Of a DNA stretch of 46,096 nt, positions 41,724 through 46,096 are shown piece by piece (the stretch's first letter is position 1; the number at the start of each line of letters is the position of its first letter). The notes beneath the pieces were generated by a model. The model made no database searches, was not told where the DNA came from, and saw only the letters and a program-made list of their open reading frames with translations. The translations under genes and the position numbers were made by a program. Source of the stretch: an uncultured Candidatus Saccharibacteria bacterium. Its GTDB lineage: Bacteria > Patescibacteriota > Minisyncoccia > Phycocordibacterales > UBA9973. Location: the NCBI GenBank assembly GCA_964554645.1, contig CAZKPK010000004.1:1-46096 (forward strand), given 5' to 3'.

Positions 41724-41744
41724 GAAATAAGTATAGAATTCTAA
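41724..41744 (+). repeat. Right 21-nt direct repeat flanking the NYN cassette
   Basis: See 41099-41119. It still reads ..EISIEF-stop in frame, like the gene end EINIEF-stop. Confidence 0.75.
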
Positions 41745-41758
41745 GTAGTTATAAAGTT

Positions 41759-41764
41759 TATAAA
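41759..41764 (+). promoter_or_regulatory. -10-like TATAAA 6 nt upstream of ATG 41771, within the duplicated gttataaagt/tataaagta motif
   Basis: gttataaagtttataaagtaaaa ATG. The same motif lies upstream of ATG 33441 and ATG 37584. Confidence 0.4.
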
Positions 41765-41770
41765 GTAAAA

Positions 41771-42556
41771 ATGCAAAGAAAAATAATATTATACATTTTA
41801 ATACTCATTATGTTGGTTGGACTGTTTAGCCCGCTAGCGCAGATACATGCACGAACTCTGACACAAGCAGAACAACAACAAATAACTTCTCAGCAGGCAA
41901 TATTAGATTCAACTAAAGCAGAATATGTTAGTTTGGGTAATGCATCAGGGGGAACAGCGGCACAACAAAAGGCGCGCACTCAAAGATATAATGAACTACA
42001 AACAATAAGGGATGCTGCTACTGCAAAGATAAATTACATACAGAACATGGCTAAAAAAGACTTACGGCCGGAAACAATACAGCAAAATCTCAATCCTAAA
42101 TCAGCAACTCCTGCTCCAACACCTGCAATAACTCCCTCAAACACGAATTATCAGCTTTTAGCTCCGCTACCCGACCCCAATAAATCAAATGAATTAGTCA
42201 GGGAGTTTGATACCGCGGGGGGGCTAGGTAAATATTTAAACCAAATAATAAAAATTTTTATTGGCTTAGCTGCGGTTTTGTCGGTAGTGATGATTGTGGT
42301 GGGCGGACTGGAATATATGACCAGTGAATTACCGGGGTTAAAAAGCGAAGGCAAGGAAAGAATAATCCATGCAATTTTAGGACTCCTAATTGCCCTCGGC
42401 GCTTACGCGCTTCTTTTTACCATAAATCCCGACCTGCTTAAATCTGATGTAGATAAAAAGATAGCGCCTACAACCGTTACTCCGCCTGCAACCGCTAAGC
42501 CTGCAGTTACAACGCCTTCATTACAACCAGTTGTTTCACCACCTGTTATTCCATAA
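41771..42556 (+). CDS. T4SS pilin-like (VirB2/TrbC-like) protein
   Basis: Signal peptide MQRKIILYILILIMLVGLFSPLAQIHA. C-terminal module LGKYLNQIIKIFIGLAAVLSVVMIVVGGLEYMTS...GKERIIHAILGLLIALGAYALLFTI, which is two hydrophobic helices typical of T4SS pilins. Pro/Thr-rich tail. Confidence 0.65.
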   Translation: MQRKIILYILILIMLVGLFSPLAQIHARTLTQAEQQQITSQQAILDSTKAEYVSLGNASGGTAAQQKARTQRYNELQTIRDAATAKINYIQNMAKKDLRPETIQQNLNPKSATPAPTPAITPSNTNYQLLAPLPDPNKSNELVREFDTAGGLGKYLNQIIKIFIGLAAVLSVVMIVVGGLEYMTSELPGLKSEGKERIIHAILGLLIALGAYALLFTINPDLLKSDVDKKIAPTTVTPPATAKPAVTTPSLQPVVSPPVIP

Positions 42557-42673
42557 TAAATTTTACCTGTCCCGTAACTAAATTTTAGATTAAAAAAATA
42601 TTAAATAAATATAAAAATAGGATATAATAAGTTAAATAAATAATGATAATTATAAATAAATTTTAGTACTGGG

Positions 42674-43924
42674 ATGCCAAAAAGAAATTTCATACTTTTA
42701 ATAATAATCTTGAGTTTAGTAATAATAGCGGTCTTTGGATTTTTATATTTTCAAAAAGAGCCGAAGGTTCCGGAAGACAGCAGTGTGGGCATAAATTTTA
42801 TTTCGCAATTCAATCCATTCGCAACCAAACTAAAACCTCCGGCGGTAATCCCTCCAGCTGATATCTCAAATCAGTCTCCCCCTGAAACAGTGGGAGAAAA
42901 ACTAACCAAGGTTTCCAGTATGCCTGTAGCGGGATTTATAGTATTTGTAAAGGAAAGATTAAAAGATGAAGGGACTGAATTTGCGCCGGCTTTAAGATAT
43001 GCAGAAAAAGCGAGTGGGAACATCTATCAGACTTTTGCGGATAAAATAGAAGAACAAAAGTTCTCAAAAACTTTAATTCCTAAAGTGCACGACGCATATT
43101 TTGGCAATCGCGGGGAGTCTGTGGTTATGCGATATTTAAAGGAGGACGGGAAAACCATCGAAACTTTTGCTGGCGCTCTGCCAAAGGAATTGTTGGGGGG
43201 GGAGATAATAGGAAACAATGAAATTAAAGGGTCTTTCCTGCCCAACAATGTAAAGGACCTAAGCGTATCACCTGATGGCTCAAAAATATTCTATTTGTTT
43301 ATTAGCGGGGAGAATATGGTGGGTACGATTTTAAACTTAGCAAACAATAAAAAAGTTCAGGTGTTCGATTCTCCTTTTACCGAGTGGCTGTCGCTCTGGC
43401 CGGCTAAAAATATCATCACTTTCACAACGAAGCCTTCTGCGAACATTCCCGGATATATGTATAGCGCTGATGCAGCTGGAAAAAATTTGACTAAAGTATT
43501 GGGTGATATAAATGGACTAACCACGCTTATGAGCCCAAATGGAAAATTGGTTCTTTCTGGTGACAACAATCTTTCATCATATATCTATCATCTGGACAGC
43601 AGAAATTCGGACCCGTTGGGAGTAAAGACTCTGCCCGAAAAGTGCGTCTGGAGTAAAATGAGCGACGTTGCTTACTGCGCCGTGCCAAAATCAATCAACC
43701 CGGGCGAATATCCAGATGTCTGGTATCGGGGAGAAATGTCTTTCAGCGATCAATTTTGGAAAATAGATATTAAAACCGGAAATGCGACCCTGTTGTTGGA
43801 TCCGGTTGCTAGCGCGGGGGGAGAAGAAATTGATGGCATAAAGCTTGCCCTAGATGAAAACGAAAATTACTTATTTTTTGTGAATAAAAAAGATTCTTTC
43901 CTTTGGAAACTGGAACTCAAATAA
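42674..43924 (+). CDS. Membrane-anchored protein with PD40/TolB-like beta-propeller repeats
   Basis: N-terminal TM helix; SPDGSKIFY and SPNGKLVLSGDNN repeat motifs. Confidence 0.45.
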   Translation: MPKRNFILLIIILSLVIIAVFGFLYFQKEPKVPEDSSVGINFISQFNPFATKLKPPAVIPPADISNQSPPETVGEKLTKVSSMPVAGFIVFVKERLKDEGTEFAPALRYAEKASGNIYQTFADKIEEQKFSKTLIPKVHDAYFGNRGESVVMRYLKEDGKTIETFAGALPKELLGGEIIGNNEIKGSFLPNNVKDLSVSPDGSKIFYLFISGENMVGTILNLANNKKVQVFDSPFTEWLSLWPAKNIITFTTKPSANIPGYMYSADAAGKNLTKVLGDINGLTTLMSPNGKLVLSGDNNLSSYIYHLDSRNSDPLGVKTLPEKCVWSKMSDVAYCAVPKSINPGEYPDVWYRGEMSFSDQFWKIDIKTGNATLLLDPVASAGGEEIDGIKLALDENENYLFFVNKKDSFLWKLELK

Positions 43925-44054
43925 AATTTCCCTCTTGAGGGGTGACCCGATGGTCATCGGGTCGGGGTGGATACACCTCACCCCAGCCCTCTCCTGAAAG
44001 GAGAGGGGGAATTCATCCACCTCCCCCTCAAGGGCACTCCTCAAGAGGAGAATT
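43925..44054 (-). repeat. Palindromic repeat element family, copy 3 (130 nt, intergenic, opposite orientation, with an extra nested palindrome)
   Basis: The reverse complement starts aattctcctcttgaggagtgcccttgagggggaggtgga and ends gacccgatgaccatcgggtcacccctcaagagggaaatt. It carries the additional ccctctcct-ttc-aggagaggg. It fills the whole spacer between two convergent stop codons. Confidence 0.8.
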
Positions 44055-44547
44055 AAATGCCCCCCACGTACTTAATCACCACTCGACGAGTGTGCCCTAT
44101 GCCCATTGATTCAGTTTTCAGATCGGTTGCATTAGATAAAAACTCATGCACAATTCGGCGCTCGAAAGCCGACATTGGATTAACTTCTATGCTGGATTTA
44201 AAATATCTAGCTCGTTCTCCCATCATGTGAGCTATGGCGCGGATATTTTCTACATGCTTTTTCTGAAAACCATTTATATCAATTAAAATATTATTATCCC
44301 CAAAGACGGTCATCGGGGAATCCCCGATGACCGTCTTTGGGGTTCTGTTTTCAATAACTCTGCGCACAAGGTGGTTTAACGCATAAAGCGCCTCACCATC
44401 ATGTCCAATAAAAAAATGCGGTTCACTAACCTCAACGGAAAACCAGGTGTTGCTTGGACCATCTTCCGTAATAATAATTTTGGTTGTTGCTATTCCGGTT
44501 TTTTCAATTAATTCTTTTATTAAATTTTGGATTTCTTCTTTTTTCAT
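44053..44547 (-). CDS. jag: Jag/KhpB-like RNA-binding protein (KH + R3H domains)
   Basis: Position downstream of yidC. R3H region MSAFERRIVHEFLSN..LKTESMG.GHTRRVVI. Contains a 45-nt perfect palindrome in frame. Confidence 0.85.
   Translation of the reverse strand: MKKEEIQNLIKELIEKTGIATTKIIITEDGPSNTWFSVEVSEPHFFIGHDGEALYALNHLVRRVIENRTPKTVIGDSPMTVFGDNNILIDINGFQKKHVENIRAIAHMMGERARYFKSSIEVNPMSAFERRIVHEFLSNATDLKTESMGIGHTRRVVIKYVGGI
44298..44342. repeat. 45-nt perfect palindrome (22 + 1 + 22) in frame in jag
   Basis: ccccaaagacggtcatcgggga a tccccgatgaccgtctttgggg. Encodes PKTVIGDSPMTVFGD. Its core gacggtcatcgggg resembles gatggtcatcgggt of the element family. Confidence 0.85.
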
Positions 44548-44551
44548 AAAA

Positions 44552-45289
44552 TCATTTAATTACAACCTTGAAATTTTTTTCCTTTTTGACATAAATTTGC
44601 TGACCCACCATAAACAAATTGCTGGTGATCCAATAGAGCGCAACTGCTCCGGAAATACTGTAAGCGATGAAAGCGACAACAAATGGGAAAATATATTTCA
44701 TCTGCATGTGCATACTTTTGGCAAAACTTTCTGAAAAAGAGACGATGGAACCGTTCGCATTTTTTGAAGAGGTGGAAGGTTTTGGCATAAAATGCGCCTG
44801 CAAATATTGAGACACTCCCGCCAGAATTGCCAAAACCAGGCTTTTCTTGCCTATATCAAGAACTCCCAAGAAAATCATATTTATCTGTTCGGGAGTATGG
44901 ACAAAAGAATAAAGTAAATCATTTTGGAAATTTATTCCTTTAAAAAAGACATAATATAGGGCAAAAATTATAGGAATCTGGATTAAAACCAAAAGACATC
45001 CGGAAAAAGGATTCACCTTATGTTTTTTGTAAAGCTCAAAAGTTTGCCTTGCCTGTTCTTCTTTGCTTGCTCCGCTTGCCTTGATTTTATTAAGTTCAGG
45101 AGCAAGGATATTCATTTCGGCCTGACTTTCAATGGATTTTTGGGATAAGGGCAAGAGGATTAACTTGACTAAAATGGTAAGAACAACAACCGCAACACCA
45201 ACATCCCCGCCAGGAACGATAGAAACTAAAAAAGCCAACGCGTTTATTAATGGCTCATACAAAAGGGTATTCCAAATATAACTGAACAT
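44552..45289 (-). CDS. yidC: Membrane protein insertase YidC (short Gram-positive/Oxa1-type)
   Basis: 245 aa, 5 TM segments. PLSQKSIESQAEMNILAPELNKIK.., KVNPFSGCLLVLIQIPIIFALY. Synteny rnpA-yidD-yidC-jag. Confidence 0.92.
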   Translation of the reverse strand: MFSYIWNTLLYEPLINALAFLVSIVPGGDVGVAVVVLTILVKLILLPLSQKSIESQAEMNILAPELNKIKASGASKEEQARQTFELYKKHKVNPFSGCLLVLIQIPIIFALYYVFFKGINFQNDLLYSFVHTPEQINMIFLGVLDIGKKSLVLAILAGVSQYLQAHFMPKPSTSSKNANGSIVSFSESFAKSMHMQMKYIFPFVVAFIAYSISGAVALYWITSNLFMVGQQIYVKKEKNFKVVIK

Positions 45290-45359
45290 CCTTTTATCTT
45301 ACCCTGAAGTAAAATTTTTAGCAAAATTTACTACGGGGCAAGTATTAAAATATGATTAC

Positions 45360-45581
45360 CTAATTTAATGGGTCTAGATGATTTTTCTGCCACGGATGAC
45401 AGCGCAGAATGCGAAAAAAACCCAAATAAGCGCCTTTTAAAACTCCATATTTTTCTACCGCCTGTTTTGTATATTCAGAACAAGAAGGATAAAAAACGCA
45501 ACTTGGTTTTATAAAAACAGAAATATGCTTCTGGTAAAAATTAATTAATTTTATTGAGTATATTCTTAATTTCATTTTCAA
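45360..45581 (-). CDS. yidD: Membrane protein insertion efficiency factor YidD
   Basis: LINFYQKHIS....CVFYPSCSEYTKQAVEKYGVLKGAYLGFFRILRCHPW. Confidence 0.9.
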   Translation of the reverse strand: MKMKLRIYSIKLINFYQKHISVFIKPSCVFYPSCSEYTKQAVEKYGVLKGAYLGFFRILRCHPWQKNHLDPLN

Positions 45582-45864
45582 TCACTAAAATATCTCCCTG
45601 ATATTTTTTAAAAACAAAAACACCAAGAAGGCTGGAAGGGGATTTATTAATGTGTTTTTCTAGCGCTTTGTATCCGCAACGCCTCAGGTAATTTCGCTTT
45701 ACGGCACTTTTAGCAACACTCTTCGGCGCGATAAAAGAAATTTTTATTTCTCTACTATTATTTTTAAAATATCTAAAATTTAAACTGGGGGAATTGATAA
45801 ATTTCCCTAGTTTAAACAAAGAATCTATATCTTTTTTGTTGGCTCTGTTTTTTTTAGAAAGCAT
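45541..45864 (-). CDS. rnpA: Ribonuclease P protein component
   Basis: Basic 107-aa protein between rpmH and yidD: LSKKNRANKKDIDSLFKLGK...AVKRNYLRRCGYKAL. Confidence 0.88.
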   Translation of the reverse strand: MLSKKNRANKKDIDSLFKLGKFINSPSLNFRYFKNNSREIKISFIAPKSVAKSAVKRNYLRRCGYKALEKHINKSPSSLLGVFVFKKYQGDILVIENEIKNILNKIN

Positions 45865-45865
45865 A

Positions 45866-46000
45866 CTAAACAGATAATTTTTTTCTCCCTTTTCTTCTCC
45901 TCCTTCTTAGCGCAATCTTCCCTGTCTTAATTCTGGATCTGACCAAAAACCCGTGGGTCCTGGCTCTCTTTCTTTTTTTTGGTTGATATGTAAATGACAT
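45866..46000 (-). CDS. rpmH: 50S ribosomal protein L34
   Basis: Not in the ORF track (44 aa). Hand translation: [44 protein letters not shown], with the canonical TYQP.KRKR..THGF motif. Confidence 0.9.
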   Translation of the reverse strand: MSFTYQPKKRKRARTHGFLVRSRIKTGKIALRRRRRKGRKKLSV

Positions 46001-46096
46001 ACAACGTAGTTTATAACATTCGAAGGTAGAAATCAATTCACCGTTCTAGCTCATTAAAACTGTTACCAACAAAGGAGTGGATAGCTCATAAATAGG

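Noticed and set aside
29436-43924. The T4SS-like cluster considered as an integrative conjugative element or prophage
   Set aside because: No integrase, relaxase, coupling protein, capsid or terminase genes, or flanking att-like repeats are visible in the window. Composition looks similar to that of the housekeeping genes. The only recombinase (13249) is a XerC/D-type gene 16 kb away.

Overview
The window is an AT-rich bacterial chromosome segment with short genes and very short spacers. Its gene content is most consistent with a Patescibacteria/CPR (Parcubacteria-like) genome: NYN-domain genes, a PrgI/VirB4/T4SS-pilin cluster, a large Cys-rich zinc-ribbon protein, and TATAAT boxes directly in front of start codons. 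This taxonomic call is inference only. From left to right the window contains eight regions. (1) 1-3809: a polymorphic-toxin locus on the minus strand. It holds a short secreted RHS-core protein with a C-terminal toxin domain, a small putative immunity gene, and the 5' part of a large SpvB/TcdB-N + FG-GAP protein that runs off the left edge. (2) 3810-6430: a mosaic of small cassettes (RelB/RelE-like TA pair, tiny basic ORF, Cys-rich membrane protein, gene fragment, small membrane protein). They are separated by copies of a 13-nt motif. (3) 5700-8850: a visibly GC-richer gene for an FGE-sulfatase-domain/hydrolase protein, plus a diverged fragment of its C-terminal domain. (4) 9014-29346: housekeeping genes (pnp, rpsO, xerC/D-like, xth, cca, uvrD/pcrA, rsmA, ZIP, VKOR, LysM-M23 and others) and four tRNAs, none encoding CCA. 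(5) 29436-43924: a type IV secretion-like cluster with a VirB2-like pilin, PrgI/VirB3-like protein, two-ORF VirB4, TrbL/VirB6-like protein and a large Ig-repeat surface protein. No coupling protein or relaxase is present. The cluster is interrupted by a lone MazF-like toxin, a BrnT/BrnA pair and an NYN gene flanked by 21-nt direct repeats. (6) 44053-46000: the origin-proximal block jag-yidC-yidD-rnpA-rpmH on the minus strand. (7) The most unusual sequence-level signal is a set of GC-rich palindromic repeat elements that sit in frame inside conserved genes (rsmA, uvrD, cca, jag and one cluster gene). One related copy lies in an intergenic spacer. This resembles Rickettsia palindromic elements. 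(8) rsmA also carries an in-frame 3 x 45 bp tandem repeat at its N-terminus. All functional calls come from motifs I read in the translations; no database search was run.
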